A stretch of DNA of 64,000 nt from Rhynchobatus australiae (Eukaryota), in NCBI GenBank assembly GCA_034780895.1, contig JAUZTB010000065.1, positions 13,215,951-13,279,950 of the forward strand, given 5' to 3'. The notes under the pieces are model-generated. The model did no database searches and had not been told where the DNA came from. It saw nothing but the letters and a program-made list of their open reading frames with translations. Each line of letters starts with the position of its first letter. Within the stretch, counting starts at the first letter, position 1. This document shows positions 1 to 12,439 of the stretch, one piece after another. The position numbers were made by a program, and so were the translations under genes.

Positions 1-1264
1 ATGCCTACTGTTCTTACCTACATTTACAGAGACTGTAGACGCCAAGATATCATGGCTCTAAGCAAAAGTGTAGTCAGAGATAAGAAAGTTGTAGTCTGAG
101 GTCTTTTCCCTCTGGTAAATCTGCATCATAGGAATAGCTAAATTGTGACACTGCTAGATTGACTAACATAACCAGAGGACTCTGAGCTTGAACCCTCTAG
201 GATGCCCTTCAATATTACAAAACACCCAGCAAAACAAAAGAATAATTTCTGCTTCACTAAGTAGTCTGCGCTAATTTGTGTAGCTACAGCTGCACAGTGT
301 AAGAAACAAATAGCCCATTAGAATTTCCTCCTTGGAGGTAGACAGCAGCCTTGGCAATAATGTGTTTAGGGATAATGGGGTGAGAACTAGAGTGGTTCCC
401 ATAGTAAGAGATGGCTCTAGAGTGCCCTCCGAACACCAACATACCTAAGTGATGAGGTCTGGTCATGAGACAAGGTGGAGTTGTTGCCACATGAGCTGAT
501 CAAGCAGAGCTGTTGATGGTGAAAATATCTTAGCATGCACTCTTCTGCACCTGATAGACTTAGTGTGAATAATTGAACACTTGTACATTGATGAGCATGG
601 TGATTTATATCTCCAACTAAGTACAAGAATGTGTGTAGATTGCAGCTACTGAAGATGGATTGGCTCTTCTCCCTCCTACAGATGTATGAAATTGGTTGAA
701 TAAATATATTTCTGCCTGACCTGGGAAAGGAGATGTTTGAGTGATTCCTTGCTCCACAGCAATAGTGTCTTAAATCCTGTCAGGATTCCAGGAAAAAGCT
801 CTTTACTCAGACTATTGAGAATATGGAACTTGCTATCACGCAGCATAGGTGTATGTGAGGGAGAAATGAACCAAAAGCTGTGTCGACTGGGGAATTTGAA
901 CTTTTCCATTTTGGTGTCCCACCATAATGTTTGCATTGCTGTACCCAACAAATTACTGGTATGGCCCAGCATTAGCTTACTGTAACGTTCTGTCAGTAAC
1001 CAGTGAATTGGGAACAGAGCCCAGCTGAAGTATATATTCTGGCACTGACCCGTATCGTCTAAGTCAGCCAAGGCTGAAACTTGAGGCCAAACCAATTGGT
1101 TTGCTTTATTAGAAATTGCATTTAGTGATTAATCATGTTAAGGTCCACTTTTAAAAAACCATGTTGAAAAAACTTCAGGCCTTCCCAGCTTGTGGGGGTG
1201 GGGGAAGTGTTAGTGAAATAGAGTTCAATAGCTTTGTGTAAACTTGTGCTTTCAATTTTTCTAG

Positions 1265-1441
1265 GCTTTTGGATGATTTTATAACAAACATGAAGTTCAA
1301 TGTCTCGTTCACATTTAATCGATTCCCATTACAAATGCAGCACCGAGCAACATATTTAGCAAAGGCCTCCGGTCTAACCAATGTGCTCTTTCCAACTTAC
1401 TCTGATGGGATTTGCATCCATCCTTTGGACCGAAGGTTGAA
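1265..1441 (+). CDS. MOV10: MOV10 RNA helicase, first coding exon visible in window (LLDDFITNMKFNVSFTFNRFPLQMQHRA...VLFP...)
   Basis: ctag| acceptor and |gtgagt donor; resembles the MOV10 FKVNFTFNRQPLRVQHRA segment; phase joins the next exon. Upstream exons lie outside the window. Confidence 0.9.
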
Positions 1442-1699
1442 GTGAGTGAAACCAGCTAGAGCCATGGGGCTTGAATTGGGTGGGCTGGGGGTGGCATGGA
1501 GCATCAAAAGGTTTATTCAGTGCTATTTAGCACTTTTCTGGATTGTGTAATTCCTTTAATGCCATGTAACAACCCAAAGGGGGCTTTGTGGGTGTTTTTA
1601 ATCAAAAGTCTGACACTAAATTGCAGAAGGAGCTATTGGGACTGTTGTGCAAAGGCTCGGCTTCTTCTATTCATTCTCCTTGAACCACTGTAGTCCTAG

Positions 1700-2950
1700 T
1701 GAGGTGCTCCCATGTGATCGTCAGGGAGGTTGTTCCAGGAATGTTGACACATTTCCAAGTTGGGATGGTGTTTAACTTGAAGGAGAACATGCAGATGGTG
1801 GTGCTTCCAATCACCTGAAGTCTATGGTGGTAGAGGTGTTTGGAGAGGTTCCTGAAGTAGTCTAGGTAAACAACTCCATGCATTTTGCAGATGCCAAGCA
1901 CTGTAACAATTGTACACCACTGCTGGAGGGAATAGATATTTATGACAGTGGATGGGGACCAGTCAAGTGGGTTGCTCTGTCCTGCTTTTGTTCTTAGAGC
2001 TGCATTTGTCCAGGAGGTTGAGAGTATTCCATCGTGCTCCTGAGTTGTACTTTGTGGATGGTTCTCACCACTAGATGCCCACTGTCTGACCTTCACTTGG
2101 AGGTGCAGTATTTGTGGCTGGTGCACAACTAACGGTGACCCCGGGATGATGTTCAGGGGACTTGCTGATGATAATGCTATTGAACGTCAAGGGTAGGTGG
2201 TTAGATTCTCCCTTCTTAGAGATGATCATTGCTTGATGCTCTTGGGACACAAATGTTACTTACTGTTTACTAGCCCATGCTTGAACGTTGTCTTGGCCTT
2301 GATGTGTGCAGACAAGGGCTGCTTCATTTGCTGATGAGTTGTGAATGGAATTAAACATGGTGCAAACTTTAGCATTTACTCTTATGTTGACTTTGTGATA
2401 GAAGGAAAGTCATTGATGAAGCAGCAGACATTGGTTGGGCCTAGGACACTGTCCTGAGGAATTTCTGCCACAATGTCCAGGGATTGGGTTGATTGACTAC
2501 TAAGAACCACAACCATCTTTTCTGTGAGATGTGATTCAATCATGGTAGTTCTTTCTCCTTGATACCCATTGTCTTCAGTCTTGCCACGCTTGGCCAAATA
2601 CTACCTGTTGTCAAGGGCAGACACTCTCACCTTGCCTCTGGAATTCATCTCTTTGATCCATGCTTGAACAAAGGTTTGGTATGGTCATGATGAAACCCAA
2701 AGTGGGCATTAGGAAGCAGATTGTTGAGCAGTGCCACTTGAAAGCACTGACAGTGACACCTTCCATCACCTTGCTGATGATTGAGAGTAGACTGAGTATA
2801 TGGTAATTAGCTGGATTGGATTTGTCCTGCTCTGTATAAACTGCATGTATCTGGGCAGTTTCTACATTTGAGTAGTTACCACTGCTGTAATTTTACTGCA
2901 ACAGCCTTGGCTCAAGGCTCAACTAGGTGTGGAATGGGGGTCTTCAGGAC
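1700..2950 (-). mobile_element. Decayed CR1/L2-group LINE RT fragment
   Basis: Remnant IPQDSVLGPT..CFIND matches RT motif VPQGSVLGP..FIND. Confidence 0.75.
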
Positions 2951-3510
2951 TACAGCCAAAAGATTGTCTGGTCCCATAACCCATAACATCATTTGGGTGA
3001 CGTTTTCATTTGATTGGAAAAGAATGTCCATCTTGAAATTGTGCTCTATCCCAATATTGTTAAGAAGCCTCTTTAGACCGACATTGTCTTCGCTGTGGGA
3101 TACACCAACCCAAAGGTTTTTACTTTTTCCTCAAGAAATCTGGTTCCCAACTGTGCACCTCCAATCTCTTCAACTCGTATTGACCTCCACTGTCTGGGTC
3201 CCAGCTGTAGAAGTGCCTCCTGAAACCCCTATGCCTCCACCTCTTCCTCTCTGATGCCCTTCAAACTTTTGATGGAGCTTCCAATCACCTGTCCTTCTCT
3301 CGTTGTCTTTGACTTCTCAGTTTCTGTGTATTGATGTTTTACTATTGCGAAAGTTGCTAGTAAATCCAATTTAACAATTCGAGCAAGGTCTGAAAATTGA
3401 AGGCCTGGGTAGGGGATTCTGAAATTCTTATTGTTAAACATGAACATAGAACTTGTTGGGCATTCAGTTCCATGTGTTTATATTTTCTATGTTTTATAAC
3501 TTTTTTAAAG

Positions 3511-3658
3511 CTTTTATGATCGGTCCCTTGAGGGAAATCCCGAACAAGCCAGAGCAGTCAGTTGCATCGTTGCTGGGATCTCCAGACCTGCTCCGTACTT
3601 GATATTTGGTCCACCAGGAACTGGAAAGACTGTCACTATTGTGGAAGCTATAAAACAG
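3511..3658 (+). CDS. MOV10: MOV10 exon with Walker A ([12 protein letters not shown]...[24 protein letters not shown])
   Basis: aag| and |gtacc; GPPGTGKT P-loop of UPF1-like SF1 helicases. Confidence 0.97.
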
Positions 3659-3774
3659 GTACCATCTGCTCTCATGCACAAAACTGGATGGATTTTGCTT
3701 TCATAAATTTCCTGTTTGTGAATGATACTGATTCTGAATCTCAGTGTTTATAACAGAATACTAGATTACCTAAA

Positions 3775-4030
3775 CTCTTGGTATGTGCTTTCAGGTTTTT
3801 GTACCTTCTGCCCAGTGGGAGGGGAGAGAGGAGAGAATGTCTGGGATGGGTGGGGTCTTTGATGATGTTGGCTGCTTTGGCGNNNNNNNNNNNNNNNNNN
3901 NNNNNNNNNNNNNNNNNNNNNNNNNNNNNNNNNNNNNNNNNNNNNNNNNNNNNNNNNNNNNNNNNNNNNNNNNNNNNNNNNNTGGGATGGGTGGGGTCTT
4001 TGATGATGTTGGCTGCTTTGGCGAGGCAGC
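3775..4030 (-). mobile_element. Rex1/Babar-type LINE 3' fragment spanning an assembly gap
   Basis: AANIIKDPTHPRHSLLSPLPLGRRYK resembles the Rex/Babar ORF C-terminus. Confidence 0.7.
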
Positions 4031-6164
4031 AAGAAGTGTGGACCAATTGTAATAAGAGTTTGTAAGAAGAATGAACATTTTAGTAGTACCATTCACAAAC
4101 TCTGTCTTTAAGAGCGAGCGAAGTACTTTCTGAACTACAGTCACTAGTTGCCATTGTAATGTAAGAAATGCAACAATCGACATGTACACAGAAAGATCCC
4201 CAAAACAAAGGTGACAACCATGTTAAGGAAAATGTTGGCCTGAGATCTCCATGCTTTCTGTTTGAGATGGTGCTGGAAAACTTTTATGTACACTTGAAGG
4301 GTGTTTAACTGCTTGTCTAAAATACCAACTTTGAGTGAACACTCTCAGTACTGGAGTGAGAGCAGTTGTCTGGATCTTTTGCTGGAATCTTTTGGCATGG
4401 AACATGAACTTTCTGACTTGGGCAGGTGAATCACCTGGAGCACCAAACGTAATGAAATGGAAGCTTGTTTTGTTGGGAAGGTGGTGGTTGGGGGGAGAAG
4501 GGAAGCTGAGAGTAAAGTATTTCTTCTCCTTCCTTCTGATATCACTGTCCTTTTGAGTGTTCATGTACCTTTTGAGCGACTTTAATATTAAGCCCTTCAG
4601 CAGAATTATGGACACAACTCTAGGAGCAAGCTTTGGAAGAAAGGTATTGGACATTTTACCTTGGTTGACTGTATAAATATCAACCTACATTTAAACAAAT
4701 GAGATTTTCCTTTACCTTTCTGTAGACTTGGTTTAAAAATGCTCTGTGTAGATTCTGAAATGTAAATGCAATTTAAGATGGCTTTGTTTAACTTTTTCTT
4801 TCTGAGAACAAAGTCTTCAGTATGTATGGTTCCTTATCCAGTGTTGAAAGAGCAGGTACATACTAGCCAGTTGCTCCTCAGCCATGCACTTCCATGAATT
4901 CCAACTTCAAGTAAGCACTTGTCATTCACTGTGACCTGCCTTGCAGTCAGTGCCACAGTGCAAAATTTGATCAACATACCTCAGAAGGTACTAAAATGGA
5001 ATCAAAACTGGAAGATTGCATCAAACGGTAAAGTGTGAAGTGGGACTTTTTTCAGTTTTTAAAATTTGAATTTGACAGAGTAAATATAGAATATAGAATA
5101 TTTTTGCTGCTGGTTAGGAAACTAGATGACTAAATGCAAGATGGTCACTAGACCATTAATGTTGTTTCTCTTTCCATGGATGATGCCTGACCTGGGTATT
5201 TCCAGCATTTTCTGTGTTTATTTCCTTCCCCACAGTGTAGTTAGTGTGAACCTACTCCTGTGTGGAGTACTGAACTGTAAACTATTGCTATATTTAGAAG
5301 GAAGTTAACTAGGCAAATGAAGAAGAATGGGATTATAAAGAAAGTGGGAAGGTATTTATGCAGGGATATCAAAGTTCAACCAATCAGGGCTGGATATTTT
5401 ATACTTTAATTTTTTTTGGAATGTTCTGCTGAATGTGTTATACTATTAACATGTTTTCTAAATATTTATAACAGGATATTACATATTTCCCTATTGGGGA
5501 ATGTATCTAAGCTCCATCAGGAGAAATGAGTTTATTTCCATTGCTCATTGAAATTGTTTTCCAAATTATAAATAACCAACATTATGTTAGACTAAATACT
5601 CTATTTAAAAAGCAGACAATTAAAATTTCATGAGCCTACAGGATGATGGACAAGTAAAGGCTCAATGGTTCATCCAGCCTGCCCTACGTAAATGTTGGAT
5701 TTTGTGCAGCACATGGTTCTTCTTGGCAAAGAGCTATGTGATATCCAAAGGGAGGTAGAAAACTTTTCAAAAAAAAAGTTGATTTCAGAGAAAGGGGATA
5801 ATAATTCCTATGAACAACTTTTTTCTTTTAGAACTTGCCTAAAGCACTGGAGGCTGTAACTGAAAAGGTCAGAGCCTTAATTCCTGGATTGTCTTTTTCT
5901 TCAATTCTTCACTCCAGCCAGGAACAAATCCAGTTCTCATTCAAATAGGCCAGAGATTTAAAAAAAACTCCATGGATTTGCAACTTCATTGCAGCTGTAG
6001 AAAGGAAGTGACAGCAAACTGTGTTCAGTGTTTAGACCTCCATCTGGAACAGGGTCTGCTCTGGAAATACACTTTAGGGAGGATGGCAAGGCTTTGGAGA
6101 GGATATCTGAGAGAATGGCACAAGGAACTTGGGTTGTTGATCTAACAGCAGTGAATAGAGATAG

Positions 6165-7325
6165 GGCCCATTTCCATGCTGTGTGACTTTGGTCCAACTT
6201 ATCCATTCCGACCAAGCTGTTTTTCAGAGCTAATCTGCCTGTGTTTGACCCATATCCCTCGAGGCCTCTTCTATCCATATACCTGTCCAAATATCTTTTA
6301 AATATTGTAACTGTAGCTGCCTTTACAACTTCCTCTGGCAGCTCATTCCNNNNNNNNNNNNNNNNNNNNNNNNNNNGGGGAAAACATTTCTCCTTGGGGT
6401 CCCTTTTTAAACTTGTCCCCTTACCTTAAACCTATGCCCTCTGGTTTTACACTTCCCTACCCTCGGAAAAAGACCCCTTCTCTCCATGGCGTATAAATTT
6501 TATATACCTCCATAAGGTCACCTCTCAACCTCCTCCACTCCAAGGGGGAAGAAGTCCCAACCTACTGAGCCTCTCTGTAAACTCGTGCCCTCCATGAAGC
6601 TCTTCTGCACCCTTTTCAGCTTAATGTCACCCAGCTATAAGAAGGATGTCAAGAACTGGTGAGACCACTCTTGGAGCACATAATACTCCAAGAATGGTCT
6701 CACCAATGACCTGTACAGCTGTAACATGACGTCTCCAACTTCTGTACTCATTGCCTTGACTGATGAAGGCAAGTGTGCCAAACTTCACCTTCACCACACT
6801 CTACCTGAGTCACTGGATTCACAGAACCAAGTACGTGTACCCCGAGGTCTCTATAACAACACCCTCCTGGGCCCTGCCATTTACTGTGCAAGTCCTGCCC
6901 TGGTTTAACTGACCAAAATGTAATACTTCACATTTGCTAAATTCCATCTGCCATTCCTTGGCCCACTTCCGCAGTTCATCTAGATCCTGTTGTAATCTTA
7001 GATATACTTCATCGCTATCCAATTTTGATGTCATCTGTGAACTTACTAGCCATGTTAACAACATTGTGATCCAAATTGTTAATATAGATAACGGTGAACT
7101 CAGCATTGATTTCCTGTGGCACCCCATGTCACAGGCCTCCGATCTGAGAAACAACCCTCCACTACCACCCTCTGAGTCCTTCCACTAAGCCATTTGTTGT
7201 TGTTGTTGTATCCAATTGGCCAGTTCGCCCTGGATCCCATGTAATCTCACCTTCCAGACTAGCCTACCATGAAGGACCTTATCGAAGGTCTTGCTAAAGT
7301 CCATGTGAACAATGTCTACAACCTG
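6165..7325 (-). mobile_element. CR1 LINE, 5'-truncated (RT to 3' end)
   Basis: LQQDLDELRKWAKEWQMEFSKCEVLHFG and DRYMDRRGLEGYG remnants. Confidence 0.9.
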
Positions 7326-7863
7326 CTCCCTGAAGGTTAATGAAGGTCTTCAAAATGAAAAGTGTTGATAGAGAAACTGTTTTCCTGGTGGGGTCAGGAA
7401 CCAGAGATGCAGAATTAAGATAATTAGCAAAAAAAAAGCTTTTTTTTGACCTGTTATGATTTGGCAAGACTGAAACTGATTCATTGGTTTAAGTTTCAAA
7501 AGGAAATAGGATAAATACCTGAAGGAAAAATCTGATGGACTGAAGAAAAATTGCAGGAGGAGTGTGATTAAATTGGATAACTACTGAAAGGAGCCAGCTT
7601 TGGCACGATGGACCACTTTNNNNNNNNNNNNNNNNNNNNNNNNNNNNNNNNNNNNNNNNNNNNNNNNNNNNNNNNNNNNNNNNNNNNNNNNNNNNNNNNN
7701 NNNNNNNNNNNNNNNNNNNGGCACGATGGACCACTTTGCCACTACCCATATTAGATTCTGTAATCACTGTTTTCCTAAGAAGCATCAATTTCTTCTAAAC
7801 TTGTTTGTGCACATCTCAGAGCTGCTGTGTTTTATATATATTTATCTTGGATTTGACTTCTAG

Positions 7864-8025
7864 GTGCTGAACTGTATACCAACAGCCCGTATCCTCGCTT
7901 GTGCACCATCTAACAGTGCCACTGACCTGCTCTGCCAGCGAATTAAGAGGTCTGTTGAGAAAAGACACATTTACCGCCTCAATGCCGTCAGTCGGAGCTG
8001 GGACACTGTCCCGTCAGATGTAAAG
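7864..8025 (+). CDS. MOV10: MOV10 exon, motif Ia (VLNCIPTARILACAPSNSATDLLCQR...VPSDVK)
   Basis: tag| and |gtagg; 162 nt, phase 0; ACAPSNSA motif. Confidence 0.96.
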
Positions 8026-8245
8026 GTAGGACTTTCACCAGTACTCCTCACTCGATTAGCTGGTGTTTTTGCCGTTGTGGAGTGAGTCCAAAACTTGGGT
8101 GCATGAGTGAAACAAAGCCACTAACAAGTACAATAATTAGTGATTTTTACTCTGGTGAAAATGTGGAATTGTACTTCAGGGAATCATAGCATTGTATATA
8201 TGCATTTAAGAAGAAGCTAGAAAAACAAGGGGAGGAAAAATAGTT

Positions 8246-8441
8246 GAGACACAAGAGACTGCAGATGCTGGAATCTGAAGCAACAAACAATCTGCTGGGG
8301 CGACTCAGCTTGTCGGGCAGCATCTACGGGAAGGCCTCAAGACTCCTAATGCAGGGTTTTGACTCCAACCATTGACGATTCCTTTCCTCCCACAGATGCT
8401 GCTCAACCTGCTAAGTTTCTTCAGCAGATTTTTTTGTTGTT
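8246..8441. mobile_element. Palindromic Penelope-derived short element with degenerate hammerhead motif and 15-bp target-site duplication
   Basis: Inverted arms (..TCTGCTG..GGCAGCATCT / AGATGCTGC..CAGCAGA); flanks GGAGGAAAAATAGTT (8231-8245) and GGAGGAAAAGTAGTT (8442-8456). Confidence 0.7.
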
Positions 8442-9009
8442 GGAGGAAAAGTAGTTTATGCTGATGCATTTAGGTGGTGAGGATCATTGTGTAATATATA
8501 AACCCTTTCGTAGACCAACTAGGCCAAGTGGCTCATTTCTGTTTTGTATCATTGAGTGTAATTCAAACTTTGGAATTACTCAGCTTAGCCCCAGATATTA
8601 ATCAGAAAGGAGGCAATAGAATAAGTTCCTTCCTTGATTTAGTGTTACATAGTCACCTTTTCTGCCTGGAGAGTGGATGCTGATTGTGAAATGCCACACC
8701 GTGACTGTAGGAGAGCTCTTTGAGATGGTGACTGAAGCACATTGTCAATGCAGATGGGGGAGCTTTACTCTTTGCCATTTTGTGTTTGATGAAATGGCAT
8801 GGAGAGCCTTGCTCTTCGACCTTGCTGTAGCTGTATTTTGGGACAGTGAGAACTTTAACTTTTGAAGTGAGGTAGTGTTTTAGGTTGGTTTATTTTCTCT
8901 TTTTTTTCTCTCATCTCTCATCACCTTCTTTTGGATGTTGTGTGTCTTGTGCACTACCAAATTATAAGGAAAACAATCCTGCATCTCTATAATATCTGTT
9001 AAACAGTCG

Positions 9010-9330
9010 GGCACTGCTTCACAGTCAATGAATTACTAAATGTATTGTAAATGTAGTACTACTTTTGTAGTGAAACGGGGCAGCCAAATTGGTGCAAAGA
9101 AAGCTCCCAGAGCTGCAATATAATTACAACTGATGATTTGCTTTGGTGAAGGTAGTTGCAAGATAAATGTTTAAGACAATGGGGGAGAAACTCTACTCTT
9201 AGAGTTGCTGTGGAGTCTTGTGTCCACCCTTCAGGCAGACAAGGCTTTGACTTAAGTTCCTCCAAACTCCCTCAGCACGTTCTTGGTAATAGAGTTTGTG
9301 CTCAGTTCTCCACAATGAGACTAGAGTCCA
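9010..9330 (-). mobile_element. Deu-domain SINE (SacSINE/AmnSINE-related); similar remnants near 4110, 24130, 25450, 45830 and 63800
   Basis: Reverse complement reads GGGAGCTT..TGCACCAATTTGGCTGCCCCGTTTC..ACTAC, resembling the recalled Deu core plus L2-type tail. Confidence 0.6.
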
Positions 9331-9702
9331 TAATCCTCCCAGTGAAAGTTGTGTTTATAGACATATTATTTCAAAATGCTTTACAGCCAATGAAATGCTC
9401 GTCATTGCAAAGTACAAAATTCTTACCAGGCTTGATAGAATTTGATGTGGAGCTTGTGTTTCCCCTGGTTGGGGTTTAATACCAGGATCAACAGACTCCA
9501 AATAAGGGTTGGCCAGACAAGACTGAATTGAGATTGGTTAGTCTTTGGAATTCTATACTCCAGAGGACTGTATTCAAGCCTGATCAAATAGGTTTTTATA
9601 CATCAGGTGTAATGAAGCATTACCTTTTGAGTGAAAAAAGTTAACGATTGAGTCGTGTCTGATAACTTGATGCCAGACTAATACATGACTGCTTTCTGAT
9701 AG

Positions 9703-9806
9703 GAGTGCTCAAACTGGAATGAATTTAGTAGGAGTTATGAGTTCCCATCCAAAGCAACTCTAATGCAATATCGAGTCATTGCCAGCACTTTGATAACTGC
9801 TGGAAG
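9703..9806 (+). CDS. MOV10: MOV10 exon (ECSNWNEFSRSYEFPSKATLMQYRVIASTLITAGR)
   Basis: tag| and |gtgagt; matches MOV10 CNW...YRVLITTLITAGR. Confidence 0.94.
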
Positions 9807-10573
9807 GTGAGTAATGAAAATGGTGTGACTTGTGGTAATGTTTCTATAGTGTTAGAGAAACCTACAGAACTGAAGGATATCATTGGCACAGCTCGTAAGT
9901 GCCTATGCCACTTTTTTTTTCAATAAAGGGCTAATTTGTCCCACTCCCTACCCTTTCCCAAAGCTCTGAGAGTTTTGTTGATTCAAGCATTTATCTAAAT
10001 CTCATTTGGAAAGATATTACTCAATTTTTCTTTCATTACCCTTTCAGAGCCATACTATGCTATGGGTGAATGTATCCCAGTCATTAGTACTCTATCGACT
10101 GATGTGGGCAGGAATGTTGTGAGTTTATAAACTGCACAGCCAGTAGATAAGTTACCTTTAAAAGCAATTCCCTCTTCTACTCTGCCACGCGAGACAATGT
10201 ATTGCATTATACTTTGGGTCCATGTTAGCCCCACTCTCCTTTCCATTCCCATATCATATCAGTATCCACCCTTTATAATACCAATGTCTCATTCACTTCT
10301 CATAGCCTTTTAATATTGTACCTAGTCTGATTCCACCCTACACATGACAGTGAAGCCCAAGCAGTAGACCCACCATGATCCTGGAGTGTATGGAGAGCAG
10401 ACTCCCCTTTCAGCTGATACACAAGTATTTTAGGAAGATTTGTGTCTGGCAGTAGAGGGTTTTAGGACAAATGCTACACATTTGAGTGGAGGATGTGGGT
10501 TTCTGAAATAGGTGGGAGTGATGGTAAGGATTGCAGTGCATTTTATTGTTATTTATTATCTACTTTTAAACAG

Positions 10574-10671
10574 ATTAGCTTCTGCAGAGTTCCCACCTGG
10601 TCACTTCTCTCATGTATTCATTGATGAGGCTGGACATGCTGTTGAACCTGAAAGCATCATTGCTATTGCAG
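10574..10671 (+). CDS. MOV10: MOV10 exon, Walker B (LASAEFPPGHFSHVFIDEAGHAVEPESIIAIA)
   Basis: cag| and |gtaaaa; DEAG box. Confidence 0.97.
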
Positions 10672-11129
10672 GTAAAAATGTGTTGATGATGTATAAATCT
10701 GCTTTATTTTCCTGTGTTACCAGCCCTCAATTCTCCACTTTTTTTTATTGCATGCGGTCAACGCTGTTTCAAGAATAAATAGCACCTCGATTTGACTTTT
10801 AAGGTCTTAATAACTTCAATACTCTGGAAAGACTGTCAACAGATCAATGTCTTGCACTGTAAGGATCCTTTGGCATGTTATACTTGTGCTGTCTCTTTGA
10901 AAGATGTGTCCAGTTCAGTCTTACATCCTGGCCTTTTCTCCCAAATCCTATGTATGCATCCTTTTCAAGGACATGTCTTTGAAATTTAATGTTCTAATTT
11001 GATCACGCTTTCAGGTAGTATTTTGGATCTTAACTGTGGATACAGTTCTCCTCATCTCTTTTCGCTAATTATTTTAAAAGCTTTGAGCACTAACTCATTA
11101 GCAGAAACTGTCTTGTGGTTTTAAAAGCC

Positions 11130-11240
11130 TTCATCCACATTCTAAAGACATATGGGTAGGTTAATTTGGGGTTTAAAATGGGCGGTGTGGACTCGTTGGG
11201 CCGGAAGGGCCTGTTACCACGTTGTGAATAAAATAAAAAA
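11130..11240 (+). mobile_element. V-SINE (HE1-like) 3' part with CR1-type tail
   Basis: CACATTCTAAAGAC..GTAGGTTAATT followed by TGGGCCGGAAGGGCCTGTT and an A-rich tail. Confidence 0.6.
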
Positions 11241-12049
11241 AAGGGGAGGAAAAGATCCTGAAGATGAGATTCACAATAACAGTGCATGTTTATAGAAGCA
11301 TTAAAGTACAAAAATGCTATTGCATTTGCTTAGAGGAGAACAGAATTTAAAAATCCATATATTGTAAACTAATAAAGAACCTTGGTTAAGACCCTCTTAC
11401 AATACTGTGTGCAGTTTAGGTCTCCATATTACAAACAAGATATTTGAAAAAGAAGGTTTGACCTAGGTGATGTTGAACTGAGATAATACAACTCTTCCGA
11501 AAGACTGGACAGGCAGGAGGTTTTCTTCACTGGAGGACACCGTCCTTCAATTTCCACAGAGAACCTTTTCCACTTGTTAAATAGTCCACAAGGGGCCTAA
11601 AATCCAACAAAGATGAGGGAGAAAAAGTGGCATGGGGATCCTGTGGAGGATAAATCTTAGCATGGACTAGTTGGACCAGGTAAATCTATTTGTGCTGTAA
11701 TTACTGCAATTATACATATTGTCTCTTGATCATCCCTGAATTTGGCTGCTGCAGTATTGGCAGCTGTCTCTTCAGCAGCCAAAGCAATAAGATCTAATAT
11801 TCCCTCCATAATCATCGTCCTCTTGCAGCCTGCAGGACTCGATATTGAATGCTCCAACTTCAGTTAATTTGTGACGACTTCCTGTTTGTATCAGGACTGG
11901 CCATTTGTGCTTGTCAGTCCTCTCCTCTTTTTATTTATAACATTCATTTCTACATTCTGGCCTGCTCGGCGTGTCCAGCAGATCAGACTATACAACATCC
12001 CCTCAGACTTCACAACACTAACAGCACATTGCACAGGCAAAGGGACTTA

Positions 12050-12290
12050 AGTCAGCTGTTCACTGGCTACATCATTCCACTCTGTTACAGACATTCCCTT
12101 TATTCCACCCAGTTTCCTCCCTACCTTCTCAGTTAGACCAACTTGCTTTCTTTGTTTCTCAGTTCTGGCGAAGGGTCTGTGACCTGAAACATTAACAGTT
12201 TCTCCTTCTGCAGATGCTGCCTGACCTGGTGAGTTTTTCCAGCATTTTCTACTTTTAATTTCAGGTTTCCAGCAGCTACAATTTAAAATT
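12050..12290 (+). mobile_element. Penelope-derived terminal repeat with hammerhead-like core (12161-12196)
   Basis: AGTT-CTGGCGA-AGGGTC-TGT-GACCT-GAAAC-ATT-AAC, then the AGATGCTGCCTGACCTG..TCCAGCATT family body. Confidence 0.7.
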
Positions 12291-12439
12291 TTTTTTTCTT
12301 TNNNNNNNNNNNNNNNNNNNNNNNNNNNNNNNNNNNNNNNNNNNNNNNNNNNNNNNNNNNNNNNNNNNNNNNNNNNNNNNNNNNNNNNNNNNNNNNNNNN
12401 NTTCATACGTTAGGCTAGGCACAGCACTTTGAACCCGAG

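Noticed and set aside
661-720. Strong-looking acceptor ctcttctccctcctacag upstream of the first MOV10 exon
   Set aside because: Followed by early stops and no similarity to the preceding MOV10 exon (VPG..E.RPSVLRGD); the true exon is probably upstream of the window.
3842-4023. Identical direct repeats flanking N gaps (also around 7620, 29784, 49241 and 58497)
   Set aside because: Overlapping contig ends on either side of scaffold gaps; an assembly artefact rather than LTRs, TSDs or CRISPR repeats.
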